Under the pieces are notes generated by a model that saw only the letters and a list, made by a program, of their open reading frames with translations, was not told the DNA's origin and made no database searches. From Sulfolobales archaeon (GTDB lineage: Archaea; Thermoproteota; Thermoprotei_A; Sulfolobales; NBVN01): a stretch of 44,503 nucleotides of DNA. Shown one piece after another: positions 8,868 to 18,313 of this stretch. The stretch lies in NCBI GenBank assembly GCA_038841535.1, contig JAWBTQ010000009.1, positions 1-44,503 of the forward strand, read 5' to 3'. Made by a program: the position numbers and the translations under genes. Position 1 is the stretch's first letter; every line of letters starts with the position of its first letter.

Positions 8868-10487
8868 ATGGGGCTTAACCGTAGATTAGTCATACTAGCT
8901 GTGTTACTGGTTTTAGTAGTAAGTATAGTGGTTTTCACGACTCTGGGAAGGATAATGAGTCCTCAGGTTAAACTAATTGTTTATGCCTACAGAGATGCTA
9001 TAACTGGTATTGACCCAAGTGTGGAGTTCGATACCGGTATTGTAGTCTTAGGAGTTGTCTACGAACCCCTCATTTACTACAACCCTTTAACTAACCAGTT
9101 TACACCAGCGCTCGCTAAAAACTGGTTGAAGATCAACGAAACATTCTGGATCTTTAGGTTGAGGGAGAACGTTGTTTTTCACGATGGGACCCCTCTAACA
9201 GCTGATGCTGTAAGATTTAGTATACTTAGGACTAAGGCAATATACTATGAAAGCGGTTTAGGTCCAGGCTATATCTGGGACTCTGTTGAAGACGTAGTTG
9301 TTTTGAATAGCTCGGCTGTCGGGTTAAGACTTAAATACCCTGCTCCTATAGACTTGATAGCGTCGTCAGCTTATGGCGCGTACATCTATAGCCCCAGAGT
9401 ACTTGAGTATTCTGGAGCTAGAGACTTAACTAACGAATCTATCAGGTTTTGGTTTGAGAAGGGTAGAAGCCTGGGAAGCGGTCCTTACTACATCGACTAC
9501 TATGACCCCCTTAACGAGGTAAGACTAAAGAAGTTTGAGAAATGGTGGGGGTGGACTGAAGTTAATAACCCACGAGCCCCAGACCTCGTGGTCATAAAGA
9601 TCGTTAGCGACCCCATAACACAAGTGATGGGTTTAAGAGGTGGCAGCATCCATATAGCTATGTCAGTTCCAAGAGCAGAGATATCGTCCCTAATCAGAGA
9701 AGGCTTTAAACTGATAAAGCAACACACGTACTACAGCTATATCCTGATGTTTAACACGCAGAGGTGGCCTACCAATATAACGGAGTTTAGATTGGCGGTT
9801 CTCCACGCTATTCCATGGGAGAACCTGATCGATAAGGCTCTCCACGGGTATGGAATTCCGGGAAGCGGTATGATACCATACGGATACCCGGGTTACATGG
9901 ATAACCTAGTGTTTGAATATAATATAACAATAGCACGAGAACTGCTCAGGACGGCCGGTCTCGATGGGGTAGAGATCGAGATAGAAATAGTAATAACAAC
10001 CGGCTACGAAGAAGAGGAAATATTCGCGATGCTGTTAAAATCTGAGTTAGCAAAGCTAGGTATTAAGTTGTCTATACGTCACTATCCCTGGGAGTTAGTT
10101 AAGGAATATGGAGCGGCAGTGTGGAGAAACCCTGAAGAGGCACCACATCTAATAATAAATGATTGGTGGCCAACATATCCGACTCCGTATGACTACCTCT
10201 ATATACTGCACTGCAGTTCGAAGGAGTGGAACTGGGCTGGTTACTGCAACGAGGAACTAGACGAGCTTTTAGACCGGGCCTTCGAGCTCGAGGGAGAGGA
10301 CTACGAAGAGGCTCTCAAGCTTTATGAAGAGGCACAGCAGCTCTTGTTCAAAGAGGGAATCGCAATAGCTCTTTGGACTGTAATCCAGCCTTACGTCGTC
10401 AGACCGACTGTGGAGATTAGGAATAACGCGTTTAACCCTCTCTACATGTACGTAGTTTGGTTCCAGTACGTCGAAGTACTAAGCTAG
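8868..10487 (+). CDS. dppA: Peptide/nickel ABC transporter substrate-binding protein (family 5)
   Basis: N-terminal anchor; motifs DP, YEPL, PALA, FRLRENVVFHDGTPLTADAVRFS and GSGPY. Confidence 0.92.
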   Translation: MGLNRRLVILAVLLVLVVSIVVFTTLGRIMSPQVKLIVYAYRDAITGIDPSVEFDTGIVVLGVVYEPLIYYNPLTNQFTPALAKNWLKINETFWIFRLRENVVFHDGTPLTADAVRFSILRTKAIYYESGLGPGYIWDSVEDVVVLNSSAVGLRLKYPAPIDLIASSAYGAYIYSPRVLEYSGARDLTNESIRFWFEKGRSLGSGPYYIDYYDPLNEVRLKKFEKWWGWTEVNNPRAPDLVVIKIVSDPITQVMGLRGGSIHIAMSVPRAEISSLIREGFKLIKQHTYYSYILMFNTQRWPTNITEFRLAVLHAIPWENLIDKALHGYGIPGSGMIPYGYPGYMDNLVFEYNITIARELLRTAGLDGVEIEIEIVITTGYEEEEIFAMLLKSELAKLGIKLSIRHYPWELVKEYGAAVWRNPEEAPHLIINDWWPTYPTPYDYLYILHCSSKEWNWAGYCNEELDELLDRAFELEGEDYEEALKLYEEAQQLLFKEGIAIALWTVIQPYVVRPTVEIRNNAFNPLYMYVVWFQYVEVLS

Positions 10488-10499
10488 CGATGTTTAGCC

Positions 10500-11510
10500 A
10501 TGATTAGATATTACGTTAAAAGAGCTCTGATGGGGTCCGCACTCATTGTAGGCATACTTATGGTGACCTACCTACTAGTGTATATAGCCCCAGGAGACCC
10601 AGCACATGTTTGGGCAGGCAAGCCGAGAGGGCCTAGAGCAACAGAAGCAATAGAACTAGCCAGAAAAGAGTTGGGCTTAGACCAACCACTCCACATTCAG
10701 ATAGCGACGTTTATGGCTAGATTCTTAACAGGAGACTGGGGAGTTTCAATAGCGTTTAAGCAGCCGATCATAAATGTAATACTCAAGTCTTTTAAAGCTA
10801 CAGCAGAACTACTGCTTTTCTCTTACGCAATAGCTATACCCTTAGGGCTAGTTCTCGGCATCTTTATGGCACTAAGGCGTGGGAGTAAAGCGGATTTACT
10901 ATTAAAGCTTACATCATCGATGTTCATAAGCATTCCGAGGTTCTGGCTTGCTCTCATAGTGGTTCTTGTTTTTTACTTCATCGGTTTTCAGTCCTTGGGA
11001 AGACTAGACCCTCGATACTCTCTCGAGCTTAGAGAAGTAACCGGTTTTTACTTATTAGACTCCCTCTTAATTCTGAGACCAGACATCTTTTTGGATGTGT
11101 TAACCAGGCTCATCGCTCCATCCTTGATTATAGCTGTGTACCCTGTATTCTCTATAGCAAAGTACGTGAGGTATAATCTCTCCGAGCGTTTCTACGAGGA
11201 CTACGTTATTGAAGCCGTATCTCTCGGTATATCGAGGGGCTCTGTCTTAGCTAGGTATGCTCTAAGAGGGATCATTCCAGCAGTAGTTCAGTTAGCCGGC
11301 ATAAACTTCGTCTACAGCTTTGTAGAGACGACAATAGTCGAGCTCGTCTTTATGCGAGAAGGTGTAGGGAGGGTTTTAGTTGAGGGTATGTTGAGAAGCG
11401 ATTATCCCCTAATCATAGCGACGCTCTTCATAGTGTCGCTAATCCTGTTAGTGGTTAACACCGCCGCTGACATACTACAAAAAAGATTAGACCCTAGGGT
11501 GACGATATGA
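10500..11510 (+). CDS. dppB: Peptide ABC transporter permease
   Basis: Motifs APGDPA, LGLDQPL, GDWGVS, an EAA-like loop and RSDYP. Confidence 0.9.
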   Translation: MIRYYVKRALMGSALIVGILMVTYLLVYIAPGDPAHVWAGKPRGPRATEAIELARKELGLDQPLHIQIATFMARFLTGDWGVSIAFKQPIINVILKSFKATAELLLFSYAIAIPLGLVLGIFMALRRGSKADLLLKLTSSMFISIPRFWLALIVVLVFYFIGFQSLGRLDPRYSLELREVTGFYLLDSLLILRPDIFLDVLTRLIAPSLIIAVYPVFSIAKYVRYNLSERFYEDYVIEAVSLGISRGSVLARYALRGIIPAVVQLAGINFVYSFVETTIVELVFMREGVGRVLVEGMLRSDYPLIIATLFIVSLILLVVNTAADILQKRLDPRVTI

Positions 11511-12406
11511 GTTATAACCGCACCATCATTAAGAGTCGTACAACTCTCTGGCGTTGTCTGCGGAGAGCAGACTTCAAGGTCGGAGTAACTATTATAGTCG
11601 CTCTCATACTCATAGCCACCCTAAGTTCTGTAATAGCACCCTACCCAGATGAGGGAGCAGGTCTTATAACGGAAGCCGCTAAGCAGCGAGGCCCTCAACC
11701 ACCGTCCGCAGAGCATCCCTTCGGGACGGACATAGTCGGTCGAGATATGCTGAGTAGGGTTTTAATTGGTTCGTGCTATTCTCTAATTCAAACAATCTTA
11801 GTCATCTTCGGTAGTCTATCAATCGGGGTTATTCTAGGAGTTTTCGCTGGATATATTAGAGGTATAGTCGAAGCCGTTGTAAACTACGCTATTGAACTGT
11901 TTTTATTGTTGCCTTCCGTGATCGTAGCCGCAGCACTTTCAGTAATTATCGGACCGGGGATGCTTACTGTTGTTCTATCTCTCATACTAACTTGGTGGGC
12001 GTGGTATGCCAGAATAGCGTATGTTCAAAGCAGGCAGGTCCGAGAATTAGATTTTATTAAAGTAAGTGAAGCCCTAGGCTTTAGAAGAGTTTACATAGCT
12101 TTTCGGCATGTACTCCCCAATGTAGCTCCTCCAGTAGTAGTACAGTCTATGATCGATACGGCATCGGTGTTACTCGAGATAGCTACTATTAATTTTCTCA
12201 TAGGTAGCGTGTCAGCATCCCTTGACACTCCAGACTGGGGTATGATGATCGGTTACGGATTCCGGTATATAACCACCTACTGGTGGATGAGCTTTTTCCC
12301 AGGACTTTTTCTAGTGGTTACTGCCTTTGGGTTTATTCTAGTAGGGGATGCTGTTAGTGAGGAAAGCAGTCCGAACTTAAGGAGGAGGTGGAGGCAGTGG
12401 TTTTAA
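11507..12406 (+). CDS. dppC: Peptide ABC transporter permease
   Basis: Motifs PPSAEHPFGTDIVGRD, RHVLPN and PDWGMMI. Confidence 0.9.
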   Translation: MSYNRTIIKSRTTLWRCLRRADFKVGVTIIVALILIATLSSVIAPYPDEGAGLITEAAKQRGPQPPSAEHPFGTDIVGRDMLSRVLIGSCYSLIQTILVIFGSLSIGVILGVFAGYIRGIVEAVVNYAIELFLLLPSVIVAAALSVIIGPGMLTVVLSLILTWWAWYARIAYVQSRQVRELDFIKVSEALGFRRVYIAFRHVLPNVAPPVVVQSMIDTASVLLEIATINFLIGSVSASLDTPDWGMMIGYGFRYITTYWWMSFFPGLFLVVTAFGFILVGDAVSEESSPNLRRRWRQWF

Positions 12407-13338
12407 ATGTGAAAAACGAATTAGCCGTTCAAGCTGAAGCCCTTAGCTTAGGTTACGAAGACCTGGGATCGATCTTTTGGGCCGTGAGAGATGTTCACCT
12501 TGAGATAACAAAAGGCAGTTCTTTATGTATAGTAGGTGAGAGCGGTAGCGGTAAAACGACTTTAGGTAATGGTATAGCGGGACTTATACCACCTTACGTT
12601 CGTGTAGCTGGTAAACTCGTTGTTGAAGGAATAGAAGTGATTAAAAACTCCAAAGTAATCGGAGCTAATAAGATTAGGGGTAGGATAGTTACTAAGATAC
12701 CGCAGAACCCGGCAGCATCCCTCAATCCATACATTCGCATTGAGCAGACGTTTCACGACGTCCTTAGGGATGTTCGCGGTATTAGGGACAGGCATGTAGC
12801 GAGAGAAGAAACCTTAAGGCTTATTTCAGCAGTCGGTTTAGAGGAAGATGTCTTATACATGTATCCCCACGAGCTTAGCGGTGGCATGAGTCAGAGGGTA
12901 ACTATAGCTCTAGCTCTGGCTTCTAAGCCCTCCATTATAGTGGCTGACGAGCCTACTAGTAACTTAGATGCCTATTTAAGGGGTTACATAGTTCGGCTTA
13001 TAGGGGATCTAAGTAATAAATTCGGGATATCTTTAGTAGTTATAACTCACGATATCTCCATTGCTGAAGTAGTATGCGAAGACATGGTCGTAATGTTTCT
13101 TGGGGAGATAGTTGAGCGAGGTCGTGTAAGTGATGTAATCAAAGCCCCACTTCATCCCTATTCCAGCGAACTTATTGAAGCCGTTAACTTAGAGAGGGCT
13201 GGTCATAAACCTAGGAAGTACGTTGGTGGATGTGTGTATTATGTTCGCTGTCCATACGCTAGTAGTGAGTGTCTTAAACCCCCTCCACTGATTAAGCTGA
13301 GTAGTTGTAGAGAGGTAAGATGCTGGAGGCTAGCCTGA
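12388..13338 (+). CDS. dppD: Peptide ABC transporter ATP-binding protein
   Basis: Walker A GESGSGKT, YPHELSGGMSQR, ADEPTS, HPY and a Cys-rich C-terminus. Confidence 0.92.
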   Translation: MEAVVLNVKNELAVQAEALSLGYEDLGSIFWAVRDVHLEITKGSSLCIVGESGSGKTTLGNGIAGLIPPYVRVAGKLVVEGIEVIKNSKVIGANKIRGRIVTKIPQNPAASLNPYIRIEQTFHDVLRDVRGIRDRHVAREETLRLISAVGLEEDVLYMYPHELSGGMSQRVTIALALASKPSIIVADEPTSNLDAYLRGYIVRLIGDLSNKFGISLVVITHDISIAEVVCEDMVVMFLGEIVERGRVSDVIKAPLHPYSSELIEAVNLERAGHKPRKYVGGCVYYVRCPYASSECLKPPPLIKLSSCREVRCWRLA

Positions 13339-14261
13339 TGAAGCCTGTTCTTAACGTGCGGGAGGTTTGGGTAGAATTTCATCTCATTACGGGCCTCCTC
13401 GGAGTAAAGAAAAGGGTTTATGCATTGCGAGGGGTTAGTTTTAGCGTACTCGAGAGAGAGGTTTATGGAATAGTTGGAGCTAGTGGGAGCGGTAAGTCAA
13501 CTCTTCTCAAGGTCATCATGGGGTTCGTTAAACCCACGGCAGGGACTGTGGAGATCGACGGTATCGATGTGCTTAAGGTAGATCGAGAAACTAGGAAAAA
13601 CATTACTAAGCGAATAGGGTATGTTTCTCAAAATCCTTTAGTAGCAGTGAACCCGCGCTTTAAGGTGAAGGATATAATAGCAGAACCCCTTAGAGCCGTA
13701 GGTGTCCCAAAGAGAGAGATCGTTAAAATTCTGCCCACACTAGTCGAGGCAGTAGGTCTAGCACCTGAAGTAATGGAGCTTTTACCGTACGAGCTTAGCC
13801 TAGGTATGTTGCAGAGAGTAGTTATAGCTAGAGCTATTGCTGCGAAGCCAAGAATGCTTTTACTGGACGAGCCTACGTCAGCTTTAGACTCAGTTACGCA
13901 ATCTCATATCACGGCTTTATTAAGAGAGCTAAGAGAGCTCTTCGGTTATACAAGCATATTGGTTTCCCATGACCTTAGAGTTGTCTCTCGCTTAGCAGAT
14001 AAACTGGCGATAATGATGGCAGGTCTCATACTAGAAGAAGGTTCAGTAGCCGATGTTTTGGGTAAACCTCTTCATCCCTATACACAAGCACTTGTGGACT
14101 CCCTAAAGTTTAAGGAAATGAGGGAGGTCTTTGTAGCCGACCCAAGAGTGTGCCCATATTACACTAACTGCACTCAGAGACTAGAGGAGAAGTGCCGGAT
14201 ACTGCCACCCCTAGTGGAGCTTAGTAATATGAGAAAAATCAGGTGCTGGCTCTACACCTAA
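13338..14261 (+). CDS. dppF: Peptide ABC transporter ATP-binding protein
   Basis: GASGSGKS, ELSLGMLQR, LLDEPTS, HPYT and a Cys-rich tail. ATG 13338 overlaps the dppD stop (TGATG). Confidence 0.9.
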   Translation: MKPVLNVREVWVEFHLITGLLGVKKRVYALRGVSFSVLEREVYGIVGASGSGKSTLLKVIMGFVKPTAGTVEIDGIDVLKVDRETRKNITKRIGYVSQNPLVAVNPRFKVKDIIAEPLRAVGVPKREIVKILPTLVEAVGLAPEVMELLPYELSLGMLQRVVIARAIAAKPRMLLLDEPTSALDSVTQSHITALLRELRELFGYTSILVSHDLRVVSRLADKLAIMMAGLILEEGSVADVLGKPLHPYTQALVDSLKFKEMREVFVADPRVCPYYTNCTQRLEEKCRILPPLVELSNMRKIRCWLYT

Positions 14262-15071
14262 CTATTCTCTTGAAACTTTTTTGAAGGCTATAAAGATGGC
14301 GCCCAAAGTAATAGCAATCATAGTAGCCGGTATCCACAAGTTATCGATAAATCTAAGAGTAGTTCTTCCTTTTTCATGTCTTAACCTTAAGAAGCCTAGG
14401 TAAGTTAGATCGGACACCAGGTCGTAAGACGTTATGCACCTAGCTCCAACGGCACCCTCGCACAAATCTTCTCTGCAGTTAAGAGGCACCTCACTGGTTT
14501 CGCCTTCTCTATCACTGTATAGAAACTTAGCTTCAATAAATGAAGCTCCGATGGATCGGGCGCGAATAGATACGTTACAAAGCTGAGTAGTGAATATAAA
14601 GTACAATTCTAAGGGATAGTGAGACACGATGTAGTCTTCGGCCCGCCCAATCATGGACGTATTTATGTGAGGGGCAGGATACGTTACGTTGACGCGCTCG
14701 CCCAGGACAATTATGTTGGGTTGCACTATTTCCCTCTCCACTCTAACCAGTTTACTCATCCCAGGTTTTACTGCCTTACCGGCTTCTCCCCCAGGAATAA
14801 TGAAGTCGGTGCTCTCGCTACCTACTTGAAGCTTTATGGTAAAATTCCTGTTTTCGGACGAATCCACGTACGTCACCCTAAATAGGGTGGTATTTATCAC
14901 TCTTGTTCCGATTACAGAAAGTTCGAGAAATCTTCCCTCAATCTGGATGGAGACGTATACGGCAGTAATTAAGTAGAGTAGTGATAGAATGATACTTACT
15001 AAGAATAGTGTCCTCTTTAGTCTCCTTTTCGATCTTTTTCTCTGCCTTCCGTACTTTCTGTATTTACCCAC
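14262..15071 (-). CDS. Hypothetical membrane-anchored/surface protein
   Basis: Very basic N-terminus plus a TM helix, a beta-rich middle with NxT/S sequons, and a C-terminal TM helix with a basic tail. Confidence 0.65.
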   Translation of the reverse strand: MGKYRKYGRQRKRSKRRLKRTLFLVSIILSLLYLITAVYVSIQIEGRFLELSVIGTRVINTTLFRVTYVDSSENRNFTIKLQVGSESTDFIIPGGEAGKAVKPGMSKLVRVEREIVQPNIIVLGERVNVTYPAPHINTSMIGRAEDYIVSHYPLELYFIFTTQLCNVSIRARSIGASFIEAKFLYSDREGETSEVPLNCREDLCEGAVGARCITSYDLVSDLTYLGFLRLRHEKGRTTLRFIDNLWIPATMIAITLGAIFIAFKKVSRE

Positions 15072-15333
15072 CGCACCAACCCATAATTCAACAGCATTAA
15101 GGTGTTATTATTTATTATAACATTAAATTAGCTATCAACAACACCCCTGTTCTGCTATGAAGCACTTAAAGTCTTAGCAGATATTATCTTGAATTTCTCA
15201 TACCTACACAGGTATCTTTAGTCCTCGCTTAGGCAGTAAATACCCGCAAGTTTATGTCTGCTTCACGACATATTCTGCAGTCAACACTGGCTTCGTTCCC
15301 TTTTATACTTAAATATTCCGGCTATAATTACCT

Positions 15334-16695
15334 ATGGGACAAATAATTCAAAGTATGCGATGCATTGAGGGACTCCATTCATTAGCTCTCCTCTTGCTTC
15401 TCGCGATAATAGCCTGCGGAGTCTCTACTTATCTACACGTTCCTTCGAGTTTAGCACCCTTTAGTAACTTTGGGTTAAAGTATAGTGATATCGTCTTTGG
15501 CGTATTTTACCCAAGGTTTTCAGCAGACTACGAATCATCATCTAAGTATTGGTATAACGTAGAGATCTTGAAGCTGTTAATGGAAAGAAAAGTAGTTTGT
15601 CCAGTGCCCTACATTGACTATTCTTTTGAGTATCCTCCGCTTGTTGGCTTATTGTGGTACATTAGTACGTGTTTCTCTATAACAATAACACTCCGAAGTG
15701 AATCAACGTCGCCTTATGCGAGTTCCTATATTCATAGCATCGCGGAGCTACACTTTATCGTAAATGCTTTCTTTCTCTCGCTTTCCCTCCTTCTCTCAGT
15801 CTTCTTTCTGCATAGACTAGTAATAACATCAACTAAAAAGCCCAGTTTTCTGAGTATAGCCACCTGGCTCGTTTTACCATCGACTATACTCTATTCAATC
15901 TATAATTGGGACGTGATTTGTTTAGCTTTTGCCTTAAGTTCCCTCGTAGCGCTACATAGAAAAAAGTACTTTACTTCTGGGGCTTTAATTGGGGCATCTA
16001 TAGCAACAAAACTTATGACCGCATCAATAGCTTATACTATCTCTCTGTACCTGTTATTAAGGTCGCACAGAGGTGAAAAATTACGTAACTTTAGCTTGTT
16101 TCTTCTTGGTATATCGATCTTCGGTGCTACTCCGTACGTTACCTTACTAATGGTCTCACCTAGAGGTTTTTTTGATTTTGTAGCACATCACTCGGCTTGG
16201 TACTGCGAGAACTGTATTTACTTACTGTTTATTCACGACATATTTAGCTATCTCCATAGGACCCTAGCGATAGCTTTAGTAATCATCCTAGCAATTACTA
16301 TAGCACTCCTTATTTTTAATAGGAAAAGTATAGAAGACAGCTCGTGGCTCTATAAGCTATCAACTCTCTCCACGCTGGGAGCTGTACTGTTTAATTACGT
16401 GTTCTCACCACAAATGATACTTCTTTTTTCTCCTCTAGTTATGGTTTTCTTCGTCAAAATAAGTCGAATAGCGTATATAGCATCCGATACAGCAAACTCC
16501 CTCATAATGGTTCTCTTTTTCTACGATAGCGACATTAGGTATCTCCTCAATAGATCTGGCATTCCAGTGGAAGTAAGGTTCAGCCCTTGGACTATAGACT
16601 CACCAGTGCAGTGGCTTGCGGCAATAAGGAACATCCTTTTGCTACTGATATTCGTAGTCGAACTGGTGAGGCTCTCGAGGAGTAAGCCACTATAA
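15334..16695 (+). CDS. GT-C fold membrane glycosyltransferase (GT87/DUF2029-like)
   Basis: Polytopic; motifs YSDI, PYIDYSFEYPPL, NWD, K in helix (ATKL) and VFSPQ. Confidence 0.82.
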   Translation: MGQIIQSMRCIEGLHSLALLLLLAIIACGVSTYLHVPSSLAPFSNFGLKYSDIVFGVFYPRFSADYESSSKYWYNVEILKLLMERKVVCPVPYIDYSFEYPPLVGLLWYISTCFSITITLRSESTSPYASSYIHSIAELHFIVNAFFLSLSLLLSVFFLHRLVITSTKKPSFLSIATWLVLPSTILYSIYNWDVICLAFALSSLVALHRKKYFTSGALIGASIATKLMTASIAYTISLYLLLRSHRGEKLRNFSLFLLGISIFGATPYVTLLMVSPRGFFDFVAHHSAWYCENCIYLLFIHDIFSYLHRTLAIALVIILAITIALLIFNRKSIEDSSWLYKLSTLSTLGAVLFNYVFSPQMILLFSPLVMVFFVKISRIAYIASDTANSLIMVLFFYDSDIRYLLNRSGIPVEVRFSPWTIDSPVQWLAAIRNILLLLIFVVELVRLSRSKPL

Positions 16696-16937
16696 CCACT
16701 CATATTTTTCTAGACACTAACTCCTGTTAGTCCAAATAACAAGGAATTTCTGTACTACTTACTGTTTAAGGTCGTAGACCGCTGGCAAATCTAGTAGGTT
16801 GAAATCACTATTTACGCTTGTGGGCATACGCTGCGAATAGCTTTAGGCTAGTTCCTCCATTGTTCGGAATCTCTGAGTAACCTAACCTAGCACCGAAGCA
16901 CTGAGGTCACCGAATAAATTCTTGAGGCATCGGTAGG

Positions 16938-17279
16938 CTATTTACTAATGACGTCACCCCACTCTTGCTGCAGTTCCTCATCAGTAGCAGAGCTTTCAAT
17001 AAGTTGGCACTCAGAGTAAGCTGGCTTTATTTCCTCGGGTTTAAACTTCTTTACTACTAATTCAGTGGACCTCTTCTGGGGGTGAGTAATTATATTTACA
17101 TATGCTCTAGCTATAGCCGCAACAGTAGCTTCACTAAAAACTAGGACCTGGTCTGAGAGCTCTATGATCATGCGCACGTGCCTGTGCCCTCTAGGTATTA
17201 TTGCCACTACTCTCTCAACATCGCAGTTCCTATACCTTAATACCTTTTTACCAAATTTCTGTCCACTACGATCTCCCAA
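16938..17279 (-). CDS. Hypothetical protein (probably conserved in crenarchaea)
   Basis: 113-aa ORF with globular composition (PRGHRHVR...EATVAAIARAY...THP), co-oriented downstream of the SDR fusion. Confidence 0.7.
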   Translation of the reverse strand: MGDRSGQKFGKKVLRYRNCDVERVVAIIPRGHRHVRMIIELSDQVLVFSEATVAAIARAYVNIITHPQKRSTELVVKKFKPEEIKPAYSECQLIESSATDEELQQEWGDVISK

Positions 17280-17340
17280 CGCTCTCTACCTACAACTATT
17301 CAATACTAGGACCTTAACACCGCATCAAGAAAACAAATGT

Positions 17341-18309
17341 TTATGCTCTAGGCGATGATATTGTGAGCCCTAGGTCTATTGGTATGACTACACCGTTTAG
17401 AGCTTCATTTTCAACTATATGTCTTACAAGTCTAGCCACTTCCTCAGGTTCTATAAGCCTTGAAATGGGCGACCTCTTTAGGTAGTCCCTCAGTATAGAC
17501 TTCGGTACTGCTAGAGCCATCCTAGTTCTAACAAACCCTGGTGCTATAGCTACAACCCTTATACCATACGGAGCTAGCTCCTTTGCTAGAGTATACGTTA
17601 AGCCTATCAGACCCGACTTTGAGGCTGCATAGTTAGCCTGCCCCACGTTCCCGACTAGTCCGACTATGGAGGACACGTTCACGATAACGCCACCCCCAGT
17701 TCTTATCATGTGCTGTGAAACTGCTTTTGAGCAGTAAAATGCCCCAGTTAGGTTAACCCTTATAACAGCATCCCAGTCTTCAGCCGACATTCTCTGTAGG
17801 TACGAATCTCTAGTTATACCGGCGTTGTTGACTAGGACGTCTACTCTCCCAAGCTTACTTAAAACTTCGCTAACTCCTTTTTCGACAGATTCTCTATTTG
17901 AAACATCAATAGTTACAAAGACTGCCTCCATACCGGTCGATTTTACTGTCTCTAGAGTTTTCTCAGCTTCTTTATCGTAAGCTAAGTCTGCTATAGCAAT
18001 CGAGAAACCTGCTTTAGCTAGCTCTATAGCGATCGAAGAACCTATCCCCCTTGCTCCTCCTGTAATAAGGGCTACTCTAGGTACCTTAACTTCCTCTTTT
18101 GGTACAAATCTCTTTATAGTACCAAATACGGTCCACTCCTCGACTACATCTCCAAGCATACCGCTTCTCAACCTGCCGAAGTACTTGCGGTCTATTCTGA
18201 CAATCGCTTTATTACCACTCTCATCTTCAGCTACACCTATGGCATACGTCGACTTGTAGGGAGGTAGAGGAGTGTAGAGTTCTGTATAGGCAACTAGCTT
18301 CCAGACCAT
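17341..18309 (-). CDS. DUF35-type OB-fold domain fused to a FabG/PhaB-like 3-oxoacyl reductase (SDR)
   Basis: The N-terminal ~75 aa (KLVAYTELYTPLPPYKSTYAIGVAEDESG...LRSGMLGDV) resemble the DUF35 OB domain. The SDR follows with TGGARGIG, NNAG, S, YAASK and PGFVRT. ATG 18309 has a GGTGA RBS. Confidence 0.85.
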   Translation of the reverse strand: MVWKLVAYTELYTPLPPYKSTYAIGVAEDESGNKAIVRIDRKYFGRLRSGMLGDVVEEWTVFGTIKRFVPKEEVKVPRVALITGGARGIGSSIAIELAKAGFSIAIADLAYDKEAEKTLETVKSTGMEAVFVTIDVSNRESVEKGVSEVLSKLGRVDVLVNNAGITRDSYLQRMSAEDWDAVIRVNLTGAFYCSKAVSQHMIRTGGGVIVNVSSIVGLVGNVGQANYAASKSGLIGLTYTLAKELAPYGIRVVAIAPGFVRTRMALAVPKSILRDYLKRSPISRLIEPEEVARLVRHIVENEALNGVVIPIDLGLTISSPRA

Positions 18310-18313
18310 AAGA

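Noticed and set aside
8402-16910. GAAGCA(G/C)TGAGGTCA at 8402 and 16895 as IS right ends
   Set aside because: No adjacent hairpin or tnpB tail, and the match is too short to exclude chance.
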